The position numbers were made by a program, and so were the translations under genes. From an uncultured bacterium (lineage in GTDB: Bacteria; Chloroflexota; UBA5177; JANWHV01), in contig CAVSOU010000007.1 of the NCBI GenBank assembly GCA_963729625.1, positions 617,705-681,704 of the forward strand: a DNA stretch of 64,000 bases, read 5' to 3'. Positions 1-9,668 of the stretch are shown here, piece after piece. A model generated the notes under the pieces. It did no database searches. It was given only the letters and a program-made list of their open reading frames with translations, and was not told the DNA's origin. Position 1 is the first letter of the stretch, and each line of letters starts with the position of its first letter.

Positions 1-1043
1 GCGAACTGGCGATCGCCGATGTGGCGCACCGAGGGCCAGGCGACCAGGCCGGAGGTGAAGATTCGGTGCAGATACGTTGGTCTGGGCTCCTGGATGCAGT
101 TGGTGGTTACCAGGATGGCACCCGGGAAAGCCTCGAACTCGCGTGCCTGATCCTGCCAGGCACCTCCATAATTGCCCACCAGGTGCGGGTAGGCGTGCAG
201 CGCGGGATAGCCATGAGCCGGAAGCATCTCGCCGTGCGTATAGACGTTGATGCCTGTACCCACAGTCTGCTTGAGGACGTCTTCCAGATCCCTCAGATCG
301 TGCCCGGAGACCAGAATTGCCTTTCCGGTCACCGGCGTGACACGCACCGGCGTGGGCGTTGGGTGACCAAAGGCGCCGGTGTTCGCGGCGTCGAGCAAAG
401 CCATTACCTTCAAGTTCAGCTCGCCAACCGCCAGGCAGCGGCGAGTCAGCTCCGCGACAGTCGGCTCGGGACGGGTCAGGTAGTCGAGGTGTTCGTGGAA
501 GGCGGCGTAGATCTCGTCATCCTCACGTCCCAGTACGCGGGCATGCTCCGCGTAGGCAGCCGTCCCCTTCAGGCCATAGGTCAGCAGCTCTTGCAGGCCG
601 GTGATGTCCGGGCCGTGCGCTGCCAGACGGGCGAGCAGGGTGACGGCGCGGCCTTGATCCACAAGCTCGGCCAGGCCGGCGGCCGGTCGCCAGGACGCCG
701 CACCGGCCAGGATCTCTGCAGGCATGGCCGCCTGTTCGCAGGCACGCTGGTAGAGGGCCCGCGCGCGCGCCTGCATCGCGGCCGCGCGGTCCAGCCATTC
801 TGCCATGCGCTCCGGATCAAAGTCCACGTTGGTCATGGTGGTGAACAGCGCTTCGACGATGAAGACATTCACCTCGCGATCCACCGCGCCCAGCCGCTGC
901 GCCCGATGCGCGTACATGGCCACGCCCTTGCAAGCATGGACGAGCAGGTCTTGCAGGGCGGCTATTTCGGGCGTCTTGCCACATACGCCCAGCACATCGC
1001 AACCCTTGCCTCTGGCTGTCTGCTCGCATTGATAACAGAACAT
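1..1043 (-). CDS. hcp: Hybrid cluster protein / hydroxylamine reductase (3' end beyond window edge)
   Basis: Manual minus-strand translation from ATG 1043: MFCYQCEQTARGKGCDVLGVCGK...ILVSGHDL...VYTHGEMLPAHGYP...GNYGGAWQ...TTNC; RBS AGAAGGAG upstream. Missing from the ORF track because it has no stop inside the window. Confidence 0.95.
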   Translation of the reverse strand, partial: MFCYQCEQTARGKGCDVLGVCGKTPEIAALQDLLVHACKGVAMYAHRAQRLGAVDREVNVFIVEALFTTMTNVDFDPERMAEWLDRAAAMQARARALYQRACEQAAMPAEILAGAASWRPAAGLAELVDQGRAVTLLARLAAHGPDITGLQELLTYGLKGTAAYAEHARVLGREDDEIYAAFHEHLDYLTRPEPTVAELTRRCLAVGELNLKVMALLDAANTGAFGHPTPTPVRVTPVTGKAILVSGHDLRDLEDVLKQTVGTGINVYTHGEMLPAHGYPALHAYPHLVGNYGGAWQDQAREFEAFPGAILVTTNCIQEPRPTYLHRIFTSGLVAWPSVRHIGDRQF

Positions 1044-1284
1044 GGTGCTTCTCCTTCTCACAATAGGCGGCAAGGATTCGTCTCCGTCCCTCGCCTCGAC
1101 GTCATCCACGGTGCGCCGGTCGAGCGGATTCCCTGATAGTGACCCGGCGGTCTCCGCCGGTCGGATCCTGGCCGATAGCGGCCTCGTTCTTGCTCACGTG
1201 CACGCACCAAAGAGGCAGTGATCCGCGCGCGTACATGTCACGCGTCGTCCTGTACGAGTATCGTGCCCTTCCACGGCGCGGCGC

Positions 1285-1300
1285 TGTGACTTGCATCACA
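1285..1300. promoter_or_regulatory. Crp/Fnr-family (HcpR-like) binding site TGTGA-N6-TCACA
   Basis: TGTGACTTGCATCACA, a perfect Crp-type box between divergent hcp and the Crp/Fnr gene. Confidence 0.8.
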
Positions 1301-1505
1301 ATTCAGCCCTATCCGCCCGCCGATTTGTCGAGGGAGCCACCTGCCGCCGCGACCGCTCCAGGCGCGTAGTCAGACTCTCTGACACATACAGAACGGCAGA
1401 AGTCCCGAGCATGTGCTATTCTGGCATTCTATTGGAGTGACAGTGGCCGACCAGTGCACGATATCCGCGCATAGTACGGGCAATGCCCAATGGAAAGCAC
1501 ATGCC

Positions 1506-2252
1506 ATGACCCCGAAGTCAACCAACGATCTCCGGCTGCGCTACCTGCGCGCCGTGCCCTACTTCGCGGGACTCACTGGGCCTGAGCTCCGGGCACTGGC
1601 GGCGCAGTGCAGCTCGCGGACGTTCGATGCGGGTGAATCCATCTTGCTGGAAGGGGAGGCCACGGAGGGGCTTTACGTCGTTCTCTCAGGAAAAGTGCGC
1701 GTGTTCAAGAGCTCGCCGGAGGGGCGCGAGCAAGTCCTGATCGTGGTGGCGCCAGGCGAGACATTTAACGATGTTCCAGTGTTTGACGACGGACCCAGCC
1801 CTGCCAGTGCCGACGCCCTGGGATCGGGCACCGGAGTGTGCCTGGTGCCCAGATCGGTAGTAGCGCACCTGCTGGCGACAAATTCGGTAGTTGCTGTGAG
1901 CGTCGCCAAGGCACTTGCCTCGCGGCTGCGCCATCTGACCGTGTTGGTTGAGGATCTCTCGCTGCGGCAAATCATTCAGCGCGTTGCGCGGCTGCTGCTG
2001 GAGGAATCGGCGAGCGGATCGGGCTCGATTCAACTCACACATCAAGAAATGGCCGCGCGCGTCGGCACCGCGCGCGAGGTCGTCAGCCGCGCCCTGCGCG
2101 AGCTCGAGAGTCGCGGCGCCATTTCACGCGACGATTCCCGTGCCATCCGGGTCAATTCTCCCAGATTGGAGGCTCTCCTCCATCAAGTCCCGGAAAGGGA
2201 AGATGACCAGCTACCGGCGGGCCAGCGAGATTACACAACACGCTCGCTATAA
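1506..2252 (+). CDS. Crp/Fnr family transcriptional regulator (HcpR-like)
   Basis: cNMP-binding domain (GLYVVLSGKVRVFKSSPEGREQVL) and C-terminal HTH (LTHQEMAARVGTAREVVSRAL). Confidence 0.92.
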   Translation: MTPKSTNDLRLRYLRAVPYFAGLTGPELRALAAQCSSRTFDAGESILLEGEATEGLYVVLSGKVRVFKSSPEGREQVLIVVAPGETFNDVPVFDDGPSPASADALGSGTGVCLVPRSVVAHLLATNSVVAVSVAKALASRLRHLTVLVEDLSLRQIIQRVARLLLEESASGSGSIQLTHQEMAARVGTAREVVSRALRELESRGAISRDDSRAIRVNSPRLEALLHQVPEREDDQLPAGQRDYTTRSL

Positions 2253-2728
2253 TCCTGCTCGATCTTGTTGAGCAGGCCTCGGACACGCGGGCTGCCCAGG
2301 TACATGTACACGTAGCTAAGCAGTTGCTCCGTCTCAATCGGCTTTGTGAGGTACTCGTTGGCGTGAGCCAGCCTCGCCTTGACCCTGGGAATGAGCCCCT
2401 TGGACGTGGTAAGCACGATAATCGGCGTGCCCTTGAGAATGCTCGTCTTCAGCTGCCGGCATACTTGCAAGCCACTGATCTTCCTGCCGAGCTTTGGCTT
2501 GCCGTGCTTATCCACGTCGCCGGTCGGCGGCCGCTCAAGGTTGACCTCCAGCAGGATCAACTTCGGCCGCTTGGTGAAGGCCACGGCAAGCGCGTCCCGA
2601 GCGTTAATCGCCCAGTACAGTTCATATTCATCTGCCAGGGCAAGGCGGAGATGGCGGCGGTGTGTCTTCGACGCTTCAACGACAAGGATGCTCGGTCGCT
2701 CGAGGTCTGTTCCAGCCATGTTCGTCAT
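2231..2728 (-). CDS. Single-domain response regulator receiver, atypical
   Basis: Receiver fold motifs (ILVVE, P.LILLE, SGLQVCRQLK, TPIIVLT, ANEYLTKPI); phosphoacceptor position is Glu. Confidence 0.8.
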   Translation of the reverse strand: MTNMAGTDLERPSILVVEASKTHRRHLRLALADEYELYWAINARDALAVAFTKRPKLILLEVNLERPPTGDVDKHGKPKLGRKISGLQVCRQLKTSILKGTPIIVLTTSKGLIPRVKARLAHANEYLTKPIETEQLLSYVYMYLGSPRVRGLLNKIEQDYSERVV

Positions 2729-2967
2729 TCTCGATGCCTCCCAGAGCCTGAAGGAATAGGGATTATGCCGCGCTCACACGATGCATTATGTGTGGCTTGC
2801 CACCTCCTTCCACCATAGCACAGTTCAGGTGAATGGCGCGCACCCGCCTTCACGCGGAATTGCCTCGGGCGAGGCGCGCGTCGCGGCCCTGGGGGGTACG
2901 AGAACGCCGTGCAATCGGGCCCTGGTAGCCGCCAGATGGGCAATCTACTATGATGCAAGCCGAAGTA

Positions 2968-3678
2968 CTATGTGCGCCGATCCAGCTCTCGACGCAGGCG
3001 CTCGATCTCGACCTCAGCCCGCCGGAGCGCCTCCGCTTCAGCTCGGTGCGCCTGCGCCTCCTGCTCAGGTGTCAGCAGCAGCCGGCCGTCTGCCGTCTGA
3101 GCCTGCAACATGTTGTCGAGAACCGCCAGACGGAGACCCAGGACACCGCTCCACAAGCTGCCGTCCTCCGCGACTTGCCAGGGCACAAACCGCCCGCCCT
3201 CGCCGCGCTGAAAGCCGGCAATGGACGAGACGCCCCTGGTCCGTGGCGTGAACAGCAGATACTCGCGAGCGCCAAGCAAGTCGTACGCTCGCACTTTCTC
3301 TTCCCTGTCCCGCCTGATGCTCGAGGGCGAGACCACCTCCAGCACGAACGCGGGAAAAACGCCTTCCCTGGTCACGTCGAAGGATGCGCGCGTGCGCTCC
3401 GGTACGAAAGCCACGAAGGTGTCGGGAGCCAGTTGCTTCTTGCGCTTGGACGTACCCCACGTGTAGCGAATCGGCAGCATAGCGGCCACGTACCAGGGCA
3501 GGTGGTGCGCGTGCGCGTGTGTTCGCAAGCTGTGCGCAAAACTGCTGGCCGACCAAAACTGCGTGTCACCCATTATCATCCAGGGTGCATCCTCGGTGTC
3601 GTCCTCCAGCAGAAGCATGAACAGCTCATCTTCTTGTGCCTTCGTCAGAGGTGGCTCCCGCCACGGTGCCGCCGACAT
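2968..3678 (-). CDS. Uma2 family endonuclease (DUF820)
   Basis: APDTFV...PAFVLEVVSPSS...DREEKVRAYDLLGAREYLLF and a C-terminal coiled coil. Confidence 0.9.
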   Translation of the reverse strand: MSAAPWREPPLTKAQEDELFMLLLEDDTEDAPWMIMGDTQFWSASSFAHSLRTHAHAHHLPWYVAAMLPIRYTWGTSKRKKQLAPDTFVAFVPERTRASFDVTREGVFPAFVLEVVSPSSIRRDREEKVRAYDLLGAREYLLFTPRTRGVSSIAGFQRGEGGRFVPWQVAEDGSLWSGVLGLRLAVLDNMLQAQTADGRLLLTPEQEAQAHRAEAEALRRAEVEIERLRRELDRRT

Positions 3679-3880
3679 CGCAACTCCTCCCAGGATATGG
3701 TCCGTCGAATCGAGTATACCATTGTCATCATTCTGTCATTTCAGTGTATTAGCATGGACGTGTGGCGGGCGCTCAGGCTCCGGCCGGTGCTTTGATCTGC
3801 TGGGCAGTGCGCGCGTTTTCAGGGAATTCCGTCGATCTCATCGGCGCGATCGCCGGGCAGGCAAGGGAGGGATTGGTTAC

Positions 3881-4291
3881 GTGCAACAGTTGGCTTCATT
3901 TGCGTCGTCCCTTTTCACTCGAATCACGCACTGGCTCGTAATTCGGAACGGTGCGCGTTATGTCCTTGCCGGTACGGTTGGCCTGGCCGCTCTGGGCGCG
4001 GTTGTCTCCAGCCAGGCCGCGCCCAGCCCGACGTCCACACCGTCCGCCTTGCACGTGAGCGGTGTCAGCAACAATCATGACGGTTGGTATGGCGGGCATC
4101 ACCGCCACCACTTCGGCGGATACTATTTCGGACGGCACCACGGTTTTGACAGCACGTGGCCCAACGCGTCCGGCAGCGGGGGGAACGGCTACGTGTATCA
4201 GGGCCGGTACGGCTACACGTACCAGGGCCAGAACGGCTATGTGTACCAGGGCCAGGGCGGCAACTTCGCTCAAGGTGGCAGTGGCTACTGA
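3881..4291 (+). CDS. Small exported Gly/Tyr/His-rich protein
   Basis: GTG after GGGAGGG; hydrophobic segment; His-rich tract; three GY[VT]YQG repeats. Confidence 0.6.
   Translation: MQQLASFASSLFTRITHWLVIRNGARYVLAGTVGLAALGAVVSSQAAPSPTSTPSALHVSGVSNNHDGWYGGHHRHHFGGYYFGRHHGFDSTWPNASGSGGNGYVYQGRYGYTYQGQNGYVYQGQGGNFAQGGSGY
4184..4255 (+). repeat. 3 x 24-bp coding tandem repeat
   Basis: aacggctacgtgtatcagggccgg / tacggctacacgtaccagggccag / aacggctatgtgtaccagggccag. Confidence 0.85.
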
Positions 4292-4585
4292 TCAGGCCAG
4301 CGAATCGGCGTTGGCAGCCCGGTCGACTCTGCTCGCACTATCGACCTGATCCCGTCTTGACTGCTTTGCTCGTTACGCGGCGGTATCCCGTGGCGTGCCG
4401 GTTCCTTGCCGCGGCGGTAGCCATTCGCGAGCAGTTCACGTCCGAACCGAGGATAGCGGGCGCGCGGTTTTAGAGGGTACTCGAGCGCGCATATCGGCGA
4501 CGATGGGGTCTGCTCGCCGAGCTGTCGCTCGCACGGGCTCAACGCGGGGTACTGGTCAAGCGAGATGGTGACGCCGAGGCGCCGA

Positions 4586-5473
4586 CTAGGCGATCGCGTG
4601 TTCCGGCGCCGCGAAGCGCGTCAACAGCGGGCGATGATCGGAAGCGGTCACCGCCGCGGGCAGATCCACGACCTCGCACGATAGCAGCCACGTGCGCAGA
4701 ACGGCAGGGGCAAACACGTAGTCGATGCGAATTGCCGGATCCGGCGCAGGAAAGGTATGACCAGGCTCATCGGGATGCAGGTAACGGAAGCAATCGATAT
4801 ATCCCGCGTCGAGCACTTGCCGGACCAAGTGCCGTGGCAGCAGCGTTTCACCGGTGAACAGACCGCTCCGCGCGCCGCGATCCAGCAGAGCGCCGATTGT
4901 CATTTGCCGCACTCTGCGCGGCGCGCCAATCTCGGCCCCGGCCATGCGATTGGCGTAGTGTGCCGTCAGGTTCTTGAATATGATGGTATCGCCCGGCGCC
5001 AGCGAATTGCAGTCGCCAAACATGAGGTGCGGGGTGGTCGCGCGGGGACCAATGCTCTGAAGAATGGCATCCATCTCTCGCAGCCGTCGCCGCTCGCCGC
5101 CGATTGTGGCCGTGGCATTGAGGTGAATGACGAACAGCGTGAAATCAGTTTGGCCGGGTAGACGCACCTGCACCTCGAGCAAGGTCTTGCGCAGGATCCC
5201 CGGATGCGGGTGGTTGCGGCTGCGGACGATCGGGAAGCGGCTGAGAAACGCCACGTGGTGAATTGTGTTCGCCACCCCGAACACGTAGCCCATGCCAAGT
5301 GCGTCGGCCAGGCGCGCGACCGCAAGCTCGTCGTCGGCTTCCTGTATGCCCAGGAGATCCGGGCGTACGTCTCGCACCACGCTGGTGATCGGCTCCATGC
5401 GCCCCGCGCCGCCCAAAAAGATGTTGTAAGACATCAGCGAGAAGCTGGCCGGCCGATCTGCGAGGTTTGTCAC
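4586..5473 (-). CDS. Endonuclease/exonuclease/phosphatase family protein
   Basis: MSYNI, PDLLGIQE, GDCNS, RIDYVF, SDHRP motifs. Confidence 0.92.
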   Translation of the reverse strand: MTNLADRPASFSLMSYNIFLGGAGRMEPITSVVRDVRPDLLGIQEADDELAVARLADALGMGYVFGVANTIHHVAFLSRFPIVRSRNHPHPGILRKTLLEVQVRLPGQTDFTLFVIHLNATATIGGERRRLREMDAILQSIGPRATTPHLMFGDCNSLAPGDTIIFKNLTAHYANRMAGAEIGAPRRVRQMTIGALLDRGARSGLFTGETLLPRHLVRQVLDAGYIDCFRYLHPDEPGHTFPAPDPAIRIDYVFAPAVLRTWLLSCEVVDLPAAVTASDHRPLLTRFAAPEHAIA

Positions 5474-5533
5474 GGACTACCTAGAGGCGTTGCGCCCGGC
5501 GAGAGGCATGGCCAAGCGAAGAAGAAAATGGGG

Positions 5534-5606
5534 CAGGGGCGGCAGGATTCGAACCCGCAACCGACGGTTTTGGAGACCGTTGCACTGCCAATTGTGCTAC
5601 ACCCCT
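5534..5606 (-). tRNA. tRNA-Trp (CCA)
   Basis: Reverse complement AGGGGTGTAGCACAATTGGCAGTGCAACGGTCTCCAAAACCGTCGGTTGCGGGTTCGAATCCTGCCGCCCCTG; cloverleaf with anticodon CCA; 3' CCA not encoded. Confidence 0.95.
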
Positions 5607-5612
5607 GTGCGG

Positions 5613-5685
5613 TGGAGCTGAGGGGACTCGAACCCCTGACCCCTGCGATGCGAACGCAATGCTCTCCCAACTGAGCTACAGCCCC
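5613..5685 (-). tRNA. tRNA-Ala (CGC)
   Basis: Reverse complement GGGGCTGTAGCTCAGTTGGGAGAGCATTGCGTTCGCATCGCAGGGGTCAGGGGTTCGAGTCCCCTCAGCTCCA; G3-U70 pair, anticodon CGC. Confidence 0.95.
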
Positions 5686-5695
5686 GCGCCACAGT

Positions 5696-5723
5696 AGTAT
5701 ACCGCACCTCGCCAAACCGTCAA
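5696..5723 (-). promoter_or_regulatory. Sigma70 promoter of the tRNA operon
   Basis: TTGACG-16nt-TATACT about 10 nt upstream of tRNA-Ala. Confidence 0.8.
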
Positions 5724-5887
5724 TGGCGTGCTTCTAAGGGCCGGCGCGCCGCACCACATCGCCCGAGCCATTCAATTAATACATTAACTCTATTGAATTA
5801 CTAGACAAGAATGGAGTACCCTGGAGTTGCACCACCTGACTGTGGGTGGAGGTCATGAATGGAAGCAGCTGAGAGGACGTAGAAGCG

Positions 5888-6376
5888 ATGAGTGTTGCCG
5901 ACGAGCTGGTGCATGCCAACAATGCGTATGCCGCCTCATTCACCAAAGGCAACCTGCCGATACCACCGGGAAAACACGTGGCTATCGTCGCCTGCATGGA
6001 CGCCAGGCTCGATCCCGCGCGGGCCCTCGGACTGCAAGAGGGCGACGCCCACGTCATTCGCAATGCCGGCGGATGCGCGGCCGACGCTATCCGCTCGCTC
6101 GTTATCTCGCAGCAGTTGCTGGGCACCCGCGAGGTCATGATCGTGCATCATACAGACTGCGGCATGCTCACCTTTACCGACGAGCAGTTGAAGAATCAGG
6201 TAGAAAAGAACCTGGGCGCGCGCCCTTCGACACCGTTTCACGCGTTTGCTGACCTGGATCAGAGCGTTCGTGACGACGTGGAAGAGGTCAGGTCATCGCC
6301 ATACTTGATCAAGGACATTACCGTACGCGGCTTCATCTACGATGTGAAGACGGGTCGCGTGCGCGAGGTGGTGTAA
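5888..6376 (+). CDS. Beta-class carbonic anhydrase (clade D-like)
   Basis: ACMDARL, VIRNAGG, HHTDCG zinc ligands. Confidence 0.93.
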   Translation: MSVADELVHANNAYAASFTKGNLPIPPGKHVAIVACMDARLDPARALGLQEGDAHVIRNAGGCAADAIRSLVISQQLLGTREVMIVHHTDCGMLTFTDEQLKNQVEKNLGARPSTPFHAFADLDQSVRDDVEEVRSSPYLIKDITVRGFIYDVKTGRVREVV

Positions 6377-6461
6377 AACCAGAATGCTCGCTTTCCCGAC
6401 GAGCACCGCCGACTGCCCTGGCTCGGCGGGCTCGCGGGCGCGGTTCGCCAAGCACCGTCCT

Positions 6462-6953
6462 CTACACGTGGCCCGGCGGCCATGTCCCCATCACCTGGCG
6501 AAGCAGGCCGAACTCGCCCAAGTGGTAAGCGTTGTGGTCCGCCACCAGCAGAAACTCGCGCAGCTGCGTCTGCCCCGTACCCCAAGCGATCCGCTGCGCG
6601 AGATCCAGGGCAGGGTCCTGAACCATCGTCTCCAACGTCGCGCGGTCGGCGCGGAAGAGGTCGATCGTCTGCTGCCACTGCTCCGGCGTGGCCGTAGCAC
6701 CCAGCGCCGGCCAGTAGTCCTGCGGCCAGCGGCGCTCGCGGTATCCAGCGTTGGTCATGAAGTCCAGAATGTCCAGCTGCGACAGCCGGATGTGCTCCAG
6801 CAGATGCCAGGGGCTATAGGCGCCATTGGGAATGCTCGTATTGATGCTCTCCATGGGAAACTCGGCCACCGCTTGCTCGAACGTCATGTAGGCACTGCCG
6901 CCGCGCAGGAGCTCCAGCACTCGTCCTCTCACCGCTTGGTCGTCGATCATCAT
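6462..6953 (-). CDS. DinB family protein
   Basis: YSPWHLLEHIRLSQLDIL...ADHNAYHLGE His triad. Confidence 0.88.
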   Translation of the reverse strand: MMIDDQAVRGRVLELLRGGSAYMTFEQAVAEFPMESINTSIPNGAYSPWHLLEHIRLSQLDILDFMTNAGYRERRWPQDYWPALGATATPEQWQQTIDLFRADRATLETMVQDPALDLAQRIAWGTGQTQLREFLLVADHNAYHLGEFGLLRQVMGTWPPGHV

Positions 6954-7465
6954 GTCTTCCGCTCCCTTGTCACACGATCCCAAACATGCGCTGCTGCTCC
7001 AACCACCTTCACGCCGATAGCCAGCTCCTTGCCACGGGGCTTCGAGCCGGCCGTGCCAGGCGCCGTGTTGCCTGTTGCCTCTGATGATGCCGCGCCCAAC
7101 GAACTCATGCAAACGATCGCCTTACTCGAGGATCCCGCAGACTACCGGCAGATCCGCAGCCAGCACGGCGCCCTGCGAACGCCGGTGACCCGCTAGAGGA
7201 GCCCCTGCGCCCGACGATGATGTGAGGCGAGTGCCGATGATGCCGCAAGCGGTGGACAAGCCCGCTGCATCGGACTACAATTGGGGCCGCCGGGCGAGGA
7301 GGCGATAGCCCACGCCAGGCGCCAAGCGCGATTCCAGGCCTGTTTGAGAGTTTCATCCAGTGGTTTGCCTGGAGTTGATAGCGCCTCGACCGCTAGTCTG
7401 TGTGTGCGGATGGGATGAGTGTCTTCAACGACTACTGCCTAGGTCCGCAGATTCTGGAGGTCGAT

Positions 7466-8341
7466 ATGTCGGCCGAACAGCACAGCGTAAGCTGGAACAA
7501 GGCGACTGTAGTCTACGTTCTCTTGATTCTTGCCGGCTGCGCGATGGTCGCGGCTCACGTCCTTGATGACCATATCCCCCTGGCAGCAGCGCCTCAATCC
7601 GGGGGTCTGGCTTTCGACATGACGCCGCCCTATTGGCTGATCGTCGGTTGGGGGCTGTTCCTCCTGTTCTTCTTCGCCGTTTCGACGTATGAGACGGACT
7701 TCGAGAGCGGTGGTGGTAGCCGGGCATTCTTCCGACTGGCCGGCGGCGCCACGCTGCTCTATACCGTGCTCTTGGCACTGGGTGATTGGAGTGCGATTGG
7801 CAGGGTATGTGCCCGCGGAGAGAGCCCAGACGACCTGGGCTTCGGACCTTCGTGCTATCCAGCCGATTGGGTGCATTGGACGGAGCTGCAGCTCCTGTTA
7901 CACGTGGCGGTCTGTGTGCTGCTCATCATCGCCTTCCACTACGCTGCTCTGACCTGGAGGCAATTGCGAGTCCGCACCGTCGAAGATCGAACCCTGCAGC
8001 CCCCACCAAGCCCTGCTGACAGCGCAGTCCAACTCCTCGATGCGATGCACTGGCGACCTGAAACGCAGTGGCCGAATGGCAGCGACTCGCTTGAGGTCTC
8101 CCATCCCGACAGCCCCGCAGAGGCGCCAGGAACGACGCGCGACAGCTGGCTCGGGGAGTGGGCGCCATTTGCGCCCCTGCCGGCGGAATGCAGGGAAGCG
8201 AGCGCGAACTCAGCCATTGAGTGCACTACACAACAGCGCCCCCGGTTCCAGGACTGTCCTATCTGTGGAGAGTACGTTTTCCTGCAGGACGATGGCACGT
8301 GCCCGGCATGCCACGGATCTTCTGCATACCATATTCCTTAG
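7466..8341 (+). CDS. Hypothetical membrane protein with C-terminal zinc ribbon
   Basis: About 4 TM segments; CPIC...CPAC; GGAGG RBS before ATG 7466. Confidence 0.65.
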   Translation: MSAEQHSVSWNKATVVYVLLILAGCAMVAAHVLDDHIPLAAAPQSGGLAFDMTPPYWLIVGWGLFLLFFFAVSTYETDFESGGGSRAFFRLAGGATLLYTVLLALGDWSAIGRVCARGESPDDLGFGPSCYPADWVHWTELQLLLHVAVCVLLIIAFHYAALTWRQLRVRTVEDRTLQPPPSPADSAVQLLDAMHWRPETQWPNGSDSLEVSHPDSPAEAPGTTRDSWLGEWAPFAPLPAECREASANSAIECTTQQRPRFQDCPICGEYVFLQDDGTCPACHGSSAYHIP

Positions 8342-8545
8342 AACCCCGCCACCGGCAAGAGCGTGCAGCCCACCAGACTCCTTCGCCTGAGACTGCCCCA
8401 AGTGTAGAATGAGCATTGACGCGGCTAATCCGCCTTGTGGCGATCCCGCGGGACCGCGCTGGGCAGCGAGGGCGTTCGAGAGGCCGCCAACATTCAGGGG
8501 TGGGCGACCCGACCATCGACGTGCATATGTGAAGGGGCGTGTGAG

Positions 8546-9481
8546 ATGACCGCGATGACCAAACGCGAGCGTGTGATGGCCGCGCTCAGAGGCGGCGAGT
8601 TCGACCGGCCGCCGATCGCCTTCTGGCACCACTTCCGTCCGCGCGGCTCCGCGCGTGCCCTGGCCGAGGCAACGCTCGACTTCTTCGGTGGCTTCGACCT
8701 GGATATCTTCAAGGTGATGCCCGACCTCCCCTACCCGTTCCCCCGTGACAGCATCCACTCGGCGGACCAATGGCATTTGCTGGCGCCCCTGGCGTTGGAC
8801 GCGGGCAACTTCGGACGACAGATCGAGACCGTGCGCCGTGTGCGCGCCGCGGCCGGTCCAGACGTGCCGGTAATCAGCACGCTATTCTCTCCGCTGACAG
8901 AGGCGGTGGCGTTCGCCGGAATCGAGAACGTGCGCGCGCACATCCAGGAGGAACCTGCCACCTTGCATGGCGCTCTCGCGGTGATCGCGGACAACCTGGC
9001 GCGTCTTGGCCGCGCCCTGCTGGATGCCGGAGCCGACGGCATCTTCCTCTCGGTCCAGGGGATGGGGAACGGCCTCTTCACGCCGAGTCAATTCGCCGAG
9101 TTCGGCCGGCCCTACGACCTGATGCTGCTGAGCGCCTGGCGTGAGGGATGGCTCAACGTGCTTCATGCGCACGCCGAGTACGACCTGTTGATCGACGAGC
9201 TCTTGCAGTATCCAGTGGCCGTGTGGAGCTGGAGCGACCGCTACACCGGCGTCTCGCTGCGGCATGTTCGTGGGCTGCTGCCACGAATGACGCTCATGGG
9301 CGGCTTGCACGAGCGCGGCGCGATTGCTACGGGGCCGGTAGAGGCGATCGCGGCGGAGATGCGCGACGCGCTGGTACAGGCCGATCACGCGCGGCTGATC
9401 CTGGCTCCCGGCTGCTCCGTGCCCGACGATTGCCCGGACGAGTGGCTGCGGGCCGCGCGCGCCGCGGTGGATCCCGACTGA
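8546..9481 (+). CDS. Uroporphyrinogen decarboxylase (URO-D/MtaA-CmuA) family protein
   Basis: MTKRERVMAAL..DRPP, FSPLT, AGADGIF, LILAPGCSV. Confidence 0.88.
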   Translation: MTAMTKRERVMAALRGGEFDRPPIAFWHHFRPRGSARALAEATLDFFGGFDLDIFKVMPDLPYPFPRDSIHSADQWHLLAPLALDAGNFGRQIETVRRVRAAAGPDVPVISTLFSPLTEAVAFAGIENVRAHIQEEPATLHGALAVIADNLARLGRALLDAGADGIFLSVQGMGNGLFTPSQFAEFGRPYDLMLLSAWREGWLNVLHAHAEYDLLIDELLQYPVAVWSWSDRYTGVSLRHVRGLLPRMTLMGGLHERGAIATGPVEAIAAEMRDALVQADHARLILAPGCSVPDDCPDEWLRAARAAVDPD

Positions 9482-9668
9482 TGCGCGCGCACTGCGGCGC
9501 CTGGAGATGTCAGCTTTTCGGAGGCTTAGCGTAACCTTTACACAACGTTTACAGATCTGCAACACGGCAGCAACGCACGGTGCATACTATAGTGCATAGA
9601 AGACTCACGATCTTCTATCGCCGTCTACCCAACGACCGGCGCGGTGCCGGAAGAAATGCGTGCACGCC

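Noticed and set aside
21-1136. 371-aa + strand ORF
   Set aside because: Antisense shadow of hcp
5534-5685. tRNAs as an island attachment site
   Set aside because: No integrase and no duplicated tRNA 3' end noticed in the window
5770-5806. AT-rich inverted motif ATTCAAT...ATTGAAT upstream of the carbonic anhydrase
   Set aside because: Possible operator, but no regulator can be assigned
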